Shown: one piece after another, positions 31,499 to 44,625 of the stretch
How the letters are laid out: every line of letters starts with the position of its first letter
Numbering within the stretch: position 1 is the stretch's first letter
From: Psilocybe cubensis
Taxonomy: Eukaryota
NCBI GenBank assembly: GCA_017499595.2
Contig: CM039001.1
Span: 2,542,001-2,606,000 of the forward strand
Reading direction: 5' to 3'
Length of the DNA stretch: 64,000 nucleotides
Translations under genes and position numbers: made by a program
The notes under the pieces: model-generated
Told to the model about the DNA's origin: nothing
Seen by the model: only the letters and a program-made list of their open reading frames with translations
The model's database searches: none

Positions 31499-33031
31499 TC
31501 AAGCAGCGATCTGCCCTCCTTGTCTTTTTGCAGTGACAACAACATCCAGAATACCAGCTAGTCCAGATTTCCATGCCACGAGTCGTTTTTCTAAGGCTTG
31601 CCATTGCTCACGCTCAAATGAACGCGAAGTGGCTCGTGAGATATGAAGGCTTTGAGTTGTCTGCGAAAGCTTGCCCCAGACAAGTCCCGCACGAATGACT
31701 AGAATATTTTGAGAGGGAGAAAACGACTTGAAGATTGTTAAACACACCATCAATAACCCATTTTTCGACTTCTGAAAGATCAACTTGAAGACCTTCTGCG
31801 ATTCTTGAATACGAGAGATTTTGACCAATATGGCTGAAAGCCAACGACGCCAATGTAAGTAGACGTATTTTGCGCTCCAATTCGATTGTCGGAATTTCTA
31901 GTAACGATGAAGGACAAAGTTTAGAAAAAGTACATAAAGAATGACTTACGATATTTCTCTAGGATGGGTGAGTGCTTTGATTGCCAAGCGTTAAATTCAG
32001 GCAGCCCTCCATTAAGGAAGACTTGAAGAAGAGAGAAAAGTTCATGATCCTTCACGTTGATGACGGCATCCAACTTGAACAAGGGGTCAAAGTCGAAAAC
32101 GCCAGGGAGCCTCAGAGCAGTTGCAATGACATCCAATGCTGCAACTTTAGCTTCTTCGGAAGAGGGGGCAAGAGTTTGAACGTATTGGAGGGAGTATTCG
32201 TAGGCAACAGTTCTATCAAAGTGTTACAATTTCATTGGAAAATAACACAATTGAAACATACAGTTCCTCAGCTTGGACATATGCATCGACTATTGCTTTC
32301 AGGAAAACAGATTTCTCTTCATTGGTTATCTCCCATTCCGACAACCATTTTTGGACATCAGACTTGGTGAGCTCCAAAGCGTTGAGGTTGTCTTTCGAAG
32401 TTGCAATCTGCAAAATAGTACGATACACAGATAAACGAAGAGGGGATGATTTCGGAAGTGAATTGAAGAGATTTGAAAGACTTCGTAATGGTTAGCGTGC
32501 AAAGTATGAAGTTGTGGAAAAAACGCTTACACGCGGTATTTGACAGACAAGCGTTCCGAAGGCGAACCAGAAATGGTATTGAGTATGGCATCTAAGTATT
32601 GCTTGACTTCAGGGGAGTCGAATGGATATAGAGAGAAAATATGGGCGAAGACAAGGTTGAAAAAGCCCTCGATTTCTGTTGGAAGATGATTATTAAAATT
32701 AATTGGTTGTGAGTAGATCGGGCATACCTTTGTCAGAACCATCTCCCAATCCCCTAATCTCGACTAGCAATTTTGAAAGTATGAGTTTTCTTCTGTTCTC
32801 GTCTTCTTCAATAGGTTTTTTTCCTTCCCCTGACTTCAAGGCGTTCTGGAATGGCGCAACAAATGCAGTGCGATCTTCATCGTTTCTATTTCGAGCGATA
32901 TATGAGAGTAGTTCAAGGATCTATGGCATAACTATCAAGAATTTGCTTGCGAATAATAAGGAGGCATCAGATACCTGTTCCTCGAAAGTCCCCTCTGCAA
33001 ATATCGATATCGAGTCTGTAGAGTTGGCCAT
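31499..33031 (-). CDS. eIF3m: Translation initiation factor 3 subunit M (PCI domain)
   Basis: DSISIFAEGTFEEQ, ERKIRLLTLASL, VEKWVID-VIRAGL, FEREQWQAL. Confidence 0.9.
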
Positions 33032-34334
33032 TTTTGTTTGCGTCCGCGCTGAGAGGGCGTGTCCAGAAAATTGTGATAGCTGGATGCCTTTGCACAACTC
33101 GAACAAACATTGCCTCAGACTAAGTGATTTAAATTTTAATTAAGCTTCTAATCCACGACGTTCCACGTCCAGCACTCAGATCTCAGAGTTTACACTCACG
33201 CAGAAATCTTTGGGATTTCTATGGTGTTTAGCTGTGTTTAGTCGCTAAGATTGGATAGTCGCACCCTGTGCATGGCATTCAATCTGTGGTCGACTTATTG
33301 TTCTCTCGCGTTGGTATCTGGTAGGCTGCTTCATTGACGTACTGCGAACCGTTGTTCGCCAATTTGCCTGAGTTTGACTCTTTTCGCTGCTTATCTTTCT
33401 CACTATACATTCAATGCAGGGATCGAGGGGATAGTTTGGCATCATTGTTCGAAATCTCTCTCGTGTGCCTGTGGTAGGTACCTATCGTTGCAATCTTAGA
33501 TACTGGTGTAAAATTGCACTTGACATTTCTAACTACTTCAGCAACTAGGCTGCACCCATAATTGAAATGCAAAAAGTGAGCAGGAAATATTACCGCCTTG
33601 CTTCCCGTCTTTTTTTTACCAATTTTACCGTTCTTTCAGGCGCAGTTTTTAGTGAATTCAATGTTCTATTCCACCGAATGCATGCCTTGAGAGTGAAATG
33701 TGTGATTCTGAATTGTTAAAGTAAGGTATATTTTATCTGGTTTGCTTTATTTAAAGTTTAAACTGATTTCTAATTGCCCACCGTATTCACCGTTACAGTT
33801 GTTCGCTTATACGCCAAATTTGCGGATATATAAAATGCGCTTGTGTAGTGACATTCATAAACTCATGAACTTAAATCTGCCTCTTCCTATAGGTGTGGGG
33901 ATTGTTTTGCATAACCCGAAATGCTAATAAACTTTTGTCATTGAAACGCTTTGGTTACCAATTTTGCCGCTCCCCCCTGCAATCAATGTATATTGATTTC
34001 CTAAACCAATCTGCGCCAATCAAGTTCCTGTTGTACCAGGCAAATTCGACCACGCTGTTTTCCAACTGCAAATCATGGCAAGCGTGAAAGTTTCACGCTA
34101 GAATGAGCTAAAATTAGTCCAAAGAAGTCCGGCGTGGGTAATCTTGCCGTAAAGTTCTTCAAGTACCCAGGTGGTCGTAATTTAAAATCTCGCTCAACCA
34201 TCGCTTTCTTGGATATCCCTCGTAGTCAAATGTGGCGCAAATGGATATAAAGCTGAGCTTCGGATGACGTGAGATAGAAACAGTTGATGCCTATATAATC
34301 AACTGGGGCACTTTCTTCTGCCTTGCTCGCTAAC

Positions 34335-36892
34335 ATGCGTGTTTTACTCGCGTTTGCTACGAACATCTTATTTTCAACAACATTTGCCTTCGCTCTTCAT
34401 CCAGCAGCAAATGCTTTTAGGACCAAAGAAGAAGTGTTGCCTCCACACGGTTGGGTCAATCAAGGCAAACCTTCCCCTGACCACTTCATATCCTTGCGCA
34501 TTGGCCTACCTCAATCCAACTTCCCTTCCTTGGAGATGCATCTTTATGAAGTAAGCGACCCAGAACATGAACGTTATGGCCAATATTTGTCGAAGGAAGA
34601 AGTAGAGGCCCTTATTACTCCTCCTGCCGAAAGCTTGCAGTCAGTCGATGAATGGCTCAGTGGTCTTGGGATTTCAGAAGGGGACCTTACGCGTTCACCG
34701 GCAAAGGACTGGATTATGGTTACACTGCCCGTCAGCCGTGTAGAACAAATGCTCGATACGGTACTTACTTTTGTGGACTATATTCTTGTTTTTTTCTTGG
34801 CACTGACGTTCTATTTTAGACCTACTATGTTTGGGAGCATATCACCAGTGGTGACAGACTGGTCCGCACAACGAGCTATAGCCTCCCAGCCCATATCCAT
34901 GGCCATATCGAAGTTATCCAACCAACTACCTTGTTTGGTAGGTTCAAGGCACAAAGGTCCACTATCTTCAACATCGAAGAGGCACCCCCCAAATTGTTCG
35001 AATCCACAGCGTCTGAAGCCGCTACAATTATTACAGACAAAGCATCCAACGTCGTTGTTGATGCCAGCTGCAACACAACCATAACAATCTCGTGCTTGCA
35101 ACAACTCTACAACGCCGTTGGATATGTTCCTTCGGGAAATCCACGAAATTCCATCGGTATTACAGGATACCTGGTCTGCTTTATTCCCGTGTTTTCTTTC
35201 GTTGATTTAGCTGATTTTATTGTATATCAGGAAGAATTTGCTAACATTCAAGATTTGCAATTGTTCTTCGCCGATCAACGCCCAGATGCTCTCAATTCAT
35301 CCTTCTCGTTCTTTTCTGTCAAAGGTTTGTTTCATTCTGAATATATATAAAATTTCATCTCTAAAACGCAATGACTTCAGGAGGTCTTAATAATCAGACA
35401 CTCTCGGAGGCGGGCGCAGAGGCCAATTTAGACGTACAATTTGCCTTCGGTTTATCCCATCCTATTCCTGTGAGTGCTATCGTTATGACACTTTTGTTAC
35501 CAGGTTAATCATTTTGTAACCACACAGGCTACATTCTTTTCGACAGCTGGGCGCCCTCCATTTATCCCTGATGTGAAAACGCCCACAAACACCAACGAGT
35601 GAGTTTTAACATATATGTTTTCAAATCTCGTTCTAACCTATCGACAAGACCATATGGTGACTGGCTCGACTTTGTTTTGTCATTGAAAAATCCACCTTTG
35701 ACCATTTCTACCAGTTATGGAGATGATGAACAAACAGGTACTTTTACTTACCACAAACTTAATCAGAGGCTAAATTATAACCAAGTGCCTGAAAGTTTCG
35801 CAAGACGCACTTGCGAACAGTTTGCTCAGTTGGGTGCCCGTGGTGTTTCGGTGTTATTCTCGTCCGGTGATTCTGGAGTTGGAGATGGTGTATCAAATCC
35901 TAATGCACCTACGAAATGCCTCTCCAATGATGGTAAAAATACAACGAAATTTTTGCCCGCCTTTCCTGCAAGGTGAGCCCTTCAATTGTGCGATTAAATT
36001 GTCAAAATCTTAGTGAAATTCGTCCAGCTGTCCTTTGTGAGATAGATATTTTTCATTCAGCAAAATCTAACTAATACTGCTGAAGCGTTACTGCCGTTGG
36101 GGGTACAGCTCATATTCCTGAAGTAGCTGTTGCTCGCGGCACCTTCTTTTCGGGAGGAGGTTTCAGCGAATACGTATGTACCACTTATTGTACCCACAAT
36201 TCCGAGCTTATCTTTTTATGCTCACCGTTAGTTCCGTCGACCTCCGTATCAAGAAAGGGCTGTCAGTAAGTATCTTGATGCTCTTCCCAAGGGAACCTAC
36301 AAAGGACTTTTCAATCCGTACGTCTATATCCCAGTCCATCAGCAACGAAATGCTGACGTGTTTGCATACTTAGCGGTGGACGAGTGAGCACCGTCGCATC
36401 TTTCAATAAACGCAATGCACTAATTTGTCAAATAAGGCTTACCCGGATGTCTCCGCACAATCCGACCGTTATCGTATATTCCTCGCTGGCCGACCAGTTC
36501 TGATTGGTGGCACCTCCGCATCATCCCCTGCTTTTGCAGGCTTTGTAGCAATGCTCAACGACGCTAGGTTCAAAGCTGGCCTAGGATCTCTCGGATTTTT
36601 GAATCCTTTGCTGTACAGCTTTGATGGTGCCGGATTCAATGACATAACCGTCGGTAACAATGCTGGGTGTGGAACAACAGGCTTCAATGTAAGAATATTC
36701 ACCACTTAAACATTTTGATTATTAATAGTCTAACTTTGAACAGGCTACAAAAGGTTGGGATCCAGGCAAGTGTACTATATATCTCTTCTTGAAAGTCGTA
36801 CGCTGATTATGTGTTTAATGCACATAGTAACTGGGCTTGGTACCCCTAACTTTGGTGCTCTCAAGAAGCTTGTGACATTTAGATTTTTATAA
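34335..36892 (+). CDS. Secreted sedolisin/tripeptidyl-peptidase (S53) with prodomain
   Basis: Signal peptide, [14 protein letters not shown] prodomain, [28 protein letters not shown]; includes 8- and 10-nt microexons. Confidence 0.95.
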
Positions 36893-37585
36893 GCTAGATA
36901 ACGAGTCATGGCCTTTCGGTTGCGTAGTCGCAAAGGGAATTGTTTGAATTAAATTTCATTATCGCATATCAACATAATCCAAGCAACATTGCTTTTTAGA
37001 TTACCCAAAGAATTCAAAACGTGCCTGAAAACGTTGTAATCGAGGCTGAAGAACACTTTAATCAGGCCTGGAGATGATTCAAAAGACACTGTAAATAACA
37101 TGATAAGTTGCCCAAGGAAAAACCAAAGTTTGCCTACTAAGTTCAAAAGACATGGCACTAGTAAATGATGGCAAATGTCATGATATCTCCCCCGGTCTTT
37201 CCGTGGTACACTGCTAGTTTTACTAAAGGTGTCACGTCTCTCCTGGACAGACCACGATTGCGTATGGCCTTGCTGTTTAATTTTAAGTATGTCTATTATT
37301 ACTCGGTATTCCAAACGTATTCGGCAGAGCAAAGACTTTGCAACTTCACTCAAAGAAAGCCAGCGCCACGAGGAGTCAACCGTAGGTTGACGACGAGTGG
37401 CACTGGCCAATAGCATATTTTCTGTCCTTTTCACCAGCAGGAAAATTTTACACCATGATGCTATCTGTTTAATTCTGCTAATTGAAATAAATTGAAATGC
37501 TGTGTTGGCTCTTAAGTTTGAAAACGCACAATTAAATGGCGATAATTATTTAAAAGCCCATGGGACCCCGACCAGCAAGGCCCAG

Positions 37586-37685
37586 TCGCGTCAGCGAATC
37601 CTAGTGTATATGAGACTGCTGACTAACTTGGACGCGTGCCAGACGCGTTGATTTGTTTATTACTGGTGGATTACCATAAACGCGT
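37586..37685. promoter_or_regulatory. Cluster of MCB (ACGCGT) elements upstream of MRC1
   Basis: ACGCGT at 37632, 37643 and 37680 plus TCGCGT at 37586, 140-240 bp upstream of the ATG. Confidence 0.65.
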
Positions 37686-37824
37686 CCAGTCACATCAGTA
37701 ACGACACGATCGGTCAGGGTAGTGTCACAACTGGCCTGGTCCGTCTGCAACTTGTTTGCACTGGTCTGCATCCTAGCACGTCCTGGCACTCAATTCTCTC
37801 TATACCCCTTCAGAAACTTCAGAA

Positions 37825-40800
37825 ATGCCACTGGAGAAGGAATATTCTATAGCGGCTGACTCTACAGTATCTTCTCCGCCTCGACCTCCAGTCGACGCGC
37901 CAATAGAAAACAAGCGTGTCATCCGTACCTATGGACGCCCCCGCGAAGAGCCGCAGGGCGGGGACGCAGATTCCTCTGGCCTCTACACGACGAAATTCAG
38001 CCTAGCGCGTGATAGCGTGCACAAGACAGCGCCTCCTGGTTTGCTCGACGTGATTCCTCCAAGTTCACCCTGCGCTCGTCCTGATGGTGGCCAACTCGTC
38101 GAAGATGGCGACGACAATGAATCAAGTACTGCGGGAAGTCCTAAATTCAATTTTGGTTGGAAGGCGAAATTGAGAGCTCTCGATGATGATGATGAGGATG
38201 ATGTGGGTGACCACGAGCAGAAAATGTCTGTGGTTTCCGAACGTGACGATGCGCCGAGCGGGTCGGCATTTGGCCAACCTTTGTTACTTCAAGCCACCGC
38301 CGATACCTTATCTTCACCAAGCACCCCTGCTGAAAGGAAATCCCTTTCACTACTGACTTCCGTTATTGACAGTTCATTTAATGCCGATCCATTTTCTGTC
38401 CCTGCAACAACACCCGGTGATTCAAGTCCCCACCGTTCTTTTACTCTTTCATCCCCTTCTGCTCCTCGGCCCCTTGTTTCTCGTGGTCGCATTCGCAAGG
38501 CTATTCTTCAGGATTCTGACTCAGAACACGAACCACCGAAGGACTCATCGTCCACTGCCGCGTCAGGATCAAGTAGACGCAAGTCGCGTTCACCATCTAC
38601 ACAGCCGACATCTGAAGATGAAATGACGCTGCAAAATCGGAACAAATCTCAATCAGCTGGCAAGAAGAAATCAACTCAGCCGCCACGGTCAAGTGTTCCG
38701 CCCCTTTTGTTCACAGAGGATCCTGCCGGCGAGATAAAAAAGGGTAGTGATGAGAAGAAGAGGAAGAAGAAGGTAAAAATATGGCTCAATTGCTTGCTCG
38801 TTACGCGTTAAACCATTTGGATAGGGACCAACAAACAAGGAAAAGGTAGAGATGGTGAAGGAAAGGACTCGCTTAGCGGCTCAAGTTCCTGTAGCTATAC
38901 CACGAACTGAGACGACCTCTAAATATTCTAAGGATTCCTTGTTTGCAAGAATGTAAGTAGATGCATGCTATACTGTGTACTGCAATTTCTAACCGTCGCC
39001 AAACAGATCAGCAAAAAACCAATCAAATCAGCATGCCTCGACTTCTACTCTTCCCACCTCAGACCCCATTGCTTCGTTCTCCTCCCCAATGCCAATCTCA
39101 ATGCAAAATGAGATACCACACTCACATTCTGTACGGCGCTCAAAACCTTCTATAATCCATCGTTCCCCCTCACCCGCTCATCATGATTCTGGTGAAGACT
39201 CCGATTTGCCAGACATTGGTCAAGTTCTTGTTGCCGATTTGCAAGGGGATGCAAAGAGAAAGAATTTACTACTCCTGAAGCAACGTGCTCTAGAACAGCA
39301 GAAACGGACTATTGTCCCTGACGAAGATGACGACGATTTGCAGATCATGCAATCGCCTAAAGTAGTGGTAAAGGAAGAGGAATCCCATCGTCGTGCGATA
39401 CATAAACGTCCATCAGAAGGTCGTAAGCGACAAATGCATCTCGCGCAAATTAATCCATCCAAGCAAGCGGCTAAACACGAATCGCCCATTCGACGAAGAG
39501 ATAATGGAGAAAGTTGCCTGTCAGTGCTGCATCACGCTGGGCCCATTGAACCGAAGAAATTAAATCAAATTCTGGCGGCTGAGGTTCAAAGGAATGCGAA
39601 ACAGGAAATGGAGCGCAAAGCAGCTGAATGGCAGAAATATGGTGGGCGTACTGGTAGCAACTCAGAAAGCATTGCAGCTCCAGGTCTGACCTCCATTTTA
39701 CAAACATTGGCCGAAAAGGGATTAAAAGCCGCAGAGAATTCCCCAGAACTGGTAGAAATGGACATGGACGAAGGCGAAGATGAGAGTGATGAAGATTGGG
39801 ACCCCGCACTCCGTGGTTCTGCTTCACCGGAGCCAGCTGAGGAAGAAAACGACGACCAAGAAGAGGGCGATGAAAATATGCCTCCCAATACAGAAACTAG
39901 TATTGGTGACGAGTTTGACGAAGGGCTGCATGTTCGGCCAACACGCAGATTGGTAGTGAACTCTGATTCCGAGGATGAAGACAACAAAGAGAATGATAAT
40001 GAGTTAATATACGATCATAGTGAAGACAAGGAGAACACCGCAGTTGTTCGTCATAACCATCCCAGAGGCGCTCCGCTCTCACTTTGCTCCAGCGAGGAAC
40101 CTACTAGTCCGTCGTTACTATCGGTAAGGGCGCTAGGATCCAGGTCCCGAGAGACCGACCTGGATGACGACTTGCCCACCAGCCGCAGAAGGCCCTTGAA
40201 AGAATTGGTGTCTGATGAAAGCCCTGAAAGCACTCAAGTCTTGTCCACAAATCTGACCCAGTCTTTTACGGCAAAGCTTCAACAGGCGTCACCCTTGCCT
40301 AATACACGTTCCCCGGACCCTATATTGAACCCATTGTTCAATGAGAATTCAGGTTCTGGAAAGCTAGGTGGCGGGTTTTCGCAGTTTTCGCAAGGGGAAG
40401 GTGATATCTTCGGCCCTGTATTATCGCTTCAGCCAGGTTTCTCTGATCTGTTTGAGTCGACTGAATCGAGTACAGTGAAGAGTGATAAGGCACGTTACAT
40501 TCCAATTTGAGAACCTGCTGCTAATTTCACTTCGTTTTCATAGAACATTTCGAACGAAACGAATCTTCATCGTACAGACACCTTGGACTTGACCCAAGAT
40601 GTTGTTGTCGTCAACCAGTTGCAACCAGCCTTCCAAGCAAGTGACAATTTGTTAAGGAAAGCTGATGCTATCTTCGAGAAGGAACAAGAATTTGTGGTGG
40701 AAGATGCTCAAAGGAAAGAGCACAAAGAAAAGAAGCCCCAGTTATATGTTAACGACCATGGGTTAGTATTTCTGTATTTCGACCGTAAATACGTTTTAAC

Positions 40801-42396
40801 ATATTTTTTTTAGTTTTCTGACTCAGACCAGGCCTACAGACGGCAGTCCTGAAATTTATCGAGCACCATCATACTCTTTGACTCAAGGGAGCTCTCGTGC
40901 CCCACTCCGCACGCTTTCTATGACCTCGTCGTATCCGGAATCCCCAACCCAGCCTTCTCCCAGGCGTCGTCTGCGTAGACTTTCGCATACGCCTCCTCTC
41001 ACGGAAAATCGGGACTATAGTCCCGAACCGCCGCTAAGGAGGTTCAACGCGTTCGATGTGCTCAAAGGTGGGGCAGAACGACAGAAGAAACACGATAACA
41101 TCAAAACCCGACCTGATCTGGCTGCATACCTGGAGAATGAGGCTGCTGAATCGGACGACGAGGATGCATTTGGATTCGCAAAACCAAAGGACGCAGATGA
41201 TGAGGAAACCGCCGAAGACCTTGACGCAACACTTGAAGAACTGATGGACGATAAAGAAATGGATGAAAACACCATTGCGCCCGACTTGGTTCACGCCAAA
41301 TTCATGTAAGTGATTATGGAGTACCTTTCCAGACTTTTTGTCTAATGCTACTGTCCGACTTGCAGGGAACAACTGGAAGCCGAAGACCAAGAGAACGAGA
41401 AGTTCCATCAAGGAGTGATCCAGGGTGAACAACGTCTGAAACGACGCCGTGGTGTTGAAGTCGACGATAGTGATGAAGAAAGCGATGACGATAACAACGA
41501 GAGAGCTCGACGAGCGATGAAAAAGTTGCGAAAATCAGATCGCGGTGATATCAAGAGTCTTGGTGAGTAATGATACTTGCTTATTCAATGAAGAGCAAAT
41601 GCTCATATGCTATGCAGAGGAGAACGAGGCGACCAGAGCCTTTGCGGAGGCGTACAATCAGACCCTGAAAGATGACGACACAGAATTCTTGTATCTTGAG
41701 AGGGAGACGGCCATTGACGATATTGATGGCAGCAGAATGCAGATGGACGAGGAGGATGAAGAGGAGATCGAGTATGAAGAGCCTGAAACTATCAGCCATG
41801 ACGAAATTGTTCGCCAGATTCGCCTAAACAAGGAAGAAGGGGTGAGTCTGTTTTCTTTCCTAATTTAGACGAGGCTAATTTTAGCGGTCCAGATCGAAGA
41901 AGACTCAGGAGTAGACCCCGGAGATGTATCGTGGCTTGACCAAGATGAGGAAGAAGAAACACCCCGCGTAAAAACCGTCAACAGCAGAGTGCGACCAAGA
42001 GCGCGACTACAGGGTACCTCGGAGCAGTCTGAATTGGACGGCATGGTAAGCGAGATTATTATTGACTTGAATGGCTTATTAACATCAATGTTTGTAACTT
42101 AGGGCGCTGCATTCCGCAAACCGGCGAACCCGTCGACTTCCAACTCTAGTAAGCAATGGTATGCTCAGGAGCACAAATCGCGAAATGCAGGAACGTCGCG
42201 GTCAGTTGGAGGGTCTGCGATCACAGGACATGCAAAGGCTAAGCCAAAGACTGGCACTAGCACCGTGCGCGCCGGCTCGATCGCTAAGCGCGCTGGTGCG
42301 TCTTCTTCCTCGACATCAACGGGGAGCAGAAGTGTCAAGGCTGCGCCGAGTATGTTATCGGCAGCAATCTCAGACAAAAGTCGCCACTTTGCATGA
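37825..42396 (+). CDS. MRC1: Replication checkpoint mediator Mrc1/Claspin-like
   Basis: Long acidic disordered protein with many SQ/TQ sites (FSQFSQ, DLTQ, FLTQ) and an MRC1-like segment YLENEAAESDDE...LEELMDD. Confidence 0.75.
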
Positions 42397-42687
42397 GTAG
42401 ATTAGTTTAGTAGTCTCCCTTTGATCTTGCTGGGGGAATGTAATATAGTACATGTATTGAATATTGTTTTATAATCAATGTGTCCGCAAAGGCGTGCAGT
42501 GAATTAACCTAGGGCATGGACAAATGGTGACCAAACGAAAAGGCGGCGTTAGAAGACGATAGCAAGTATAAGTGTCGGTGGTACAGATCCATAAGAATGG
42601 GACGATATGGAAGGGGTATAGTAAGTAATAAAACAAAGTCGACAAGAAGGCGGCCGAAAGTGATGGGAAAGACGTTGAAGGGATGTA

Positions 42688-43135
42688 TCAATGATACTGT
42701 TTGCCTCCAAATGGTTTCCCGAAGCGTATCCAGACGGGTTTCGATGCTCTGGAGGTAGGAATAGTGTAGGTTCGTGAGGGCTGGCGTGAGGAGCTGCGAC
42801 GCTTCCTATTACTTGTTTGTATCTGGACGACAGTACGCGATGAACACTGGGATAGACGCGACGCCAGGCGAACTCACTTTGTGTCGTAGCAAGATAAGCT
42901 TCGCCATATTAGCAGGGGGCCCTGTCTCGCGGAAAGGATTGCCTGTTGGGAAGAAGGTGAGATGGATGTACGCGGTGAAGAACGAAGAGCACGAACGAGA
43001 GGCAACGAGGGCAAGACCTGACTCATGGGCATCGAGAGACTCGTCGACGGACATGATGGACATCCAAAGCGCTGGCATGAATATGTAGACGAAGAGGAGG
43101 GCGGCGACGGAGCTGAGAGCCATGAGAGCCAGCAT
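42688..43135 (-). CDS. Small hypothetical protein (~105 aa) with N-terminal hydrophobic helix
   Basis: MLALMALSSVAALLFVYIFMPALW...; two plausible GT-AG introns give an open spliced frame ending GGKQYH*. Confidence 0.45.
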
Positions 43136-43336
43136 GTTTGCAGGCGCAAGGGGTGCGCTGCCCCTCACGGTTAGGGATAGAGGAACGGTGGACTCGCAAT
43201 AAAATAGAAAAAAGGAACTGCTTTGAAACTTCTCACTTTCTTTGGGGTAACTCAATTCCCCTCTCTCCGCTTACCTAACCTCGGCTCTTGCCGTCCTCTT
43301 GCCGCCTCCCGGCATCCCTCTTTCTCCCGCTCTTCC

Positions 43337-44507
43337 ATGTCCCCCGTCTTGTCCGCTGCGACAGTCACCACCGTCGGCCTCGCATGCAAGGCTTTTCTTT
43401 CTTCAGGTCTCGCCTCAATACAAGTCCATGGTCTCCATATCCTCAAAGATGCTCTCGAGGGCCCAGATCGCGACTCCCGCCGTGGCATACTGACCGGTAT
43501 GCCTTTGTTCACTGCCGTTTGGCTCCCGTGCTCAACCTCCGAATGTAGTTTGCAACCACATCTCAACGTGGGTCGAGTCTCTTTTGTGTCTTCCTCCATG
43601 CTGAATGCTGTCTAGGCTGGATGATCCTGTCACTTGGGGTGTCCTTCCTGTGCGCTACTATCTGAGTTCCCGAACTACACGCTGGGCTCTAGGCGCTTCT
43701 GACATCATGTTTACGAATCCGTATGTCGTTTTCCACAAGCGGAAGTCACACCATGGATCTCAGCCTCCTCGGCTCCTTTTTTGTCCTAGCTAGGGTATTT
43801 TCTACCTTCTTTTCGCTCGGACAGACTCTCGAAACTTTCCGTGGCAAAGGGATCTATCAGGATGCGGTGGACACAGCTATTCAAAAACTCAACGAAGGAC
43901 AATGGGTATGTTTATTTCGGCGCATTCTTTTGCGTTATAACACTCTATCCAGGTGCATCTATATGGCGAAGGAAAAGTCAATCAGCCCAAGGACTACCGT
44001 CGAGATAAACTTGGGCGCGTCTGCATCCAGCGATTTAAATGGGGCGTGTCAGTGCAATCAAATACTTTCCTTTCTGGGCATCGCTCATCATTCCGTTATA
44101 GGGGCCGAATCCTAATGGAGACAGAAATTCCTCCCATCGTGATCCCGATGTGGATAACAGGCTTCGACCAACTGATGCCAGAAGGACGTCCTTTCCCAAA
44201 CAAATATCTGCCACGGATTGGTGCACGTATGAGCGTCACATTTGGCCAGCCTGTACCTACAGAAAAACTGGAGGAAGCCTTGGATGTATCGCCACGGGAT
44301 TCTGATGTCATTTCTTCTGCTACTGCGGGTTCCAATGAGCAGCTCAAGGGATGGCTAGGTGAGGCTGCGGCTTTGCGCAGTGAACAGGAACAAATCTATA
44401 CATCACTAGTGCGCCAAAAGGTTACCGCAATAATCCATCGAGCCGTAGAAGATTTAGGTCGATCTATCTTGCCACCACTTCTAAAGGAGCCCATTTCAAT
44501 ACAATAG
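43337..44507 (+). CDS. TAZ1: Tafazzin, cardiolipin transacylase
   Basis: Spliced VCNHIST-LDDPVTWG (HX4D), RWALGASDIMF, RGKGIYQ, RFKWG-GRIL, GFDQLMPE. Confidence 0.93.
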
Positions 44508-44625
44508 CTCAGCAGGCAAAGACGCGTAGAACATATAATGTAGAAACCACAACAATTATCCCTATAGCTATCAAGTACAATATCTGACCATACAAATATC
44601 ACAAAGCTGGTTGACAAGAACCAAA

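Noticed and set aside
33100-34300. 1.2-kb AT-richer intergenic region as a possible mobile element
   Set aside because: No terminal repeats, target duplication or transposase remnants visible; consistent with the divergent eIF3m/sedolisin promoter region.
36949-37434. 161-aa minus-strand ORF between sedolisin and MRC1
   Set aside because: Non-ATG start, no motif and no exon structure; likely a chance ORF.
42705-42745. WIRFGK resembling an animal RFamide precursor motif in the orphan ORF
   Set aside because: Single copy, and fungi are not known to have the amidating enzyme PAM; treated as coincidence.
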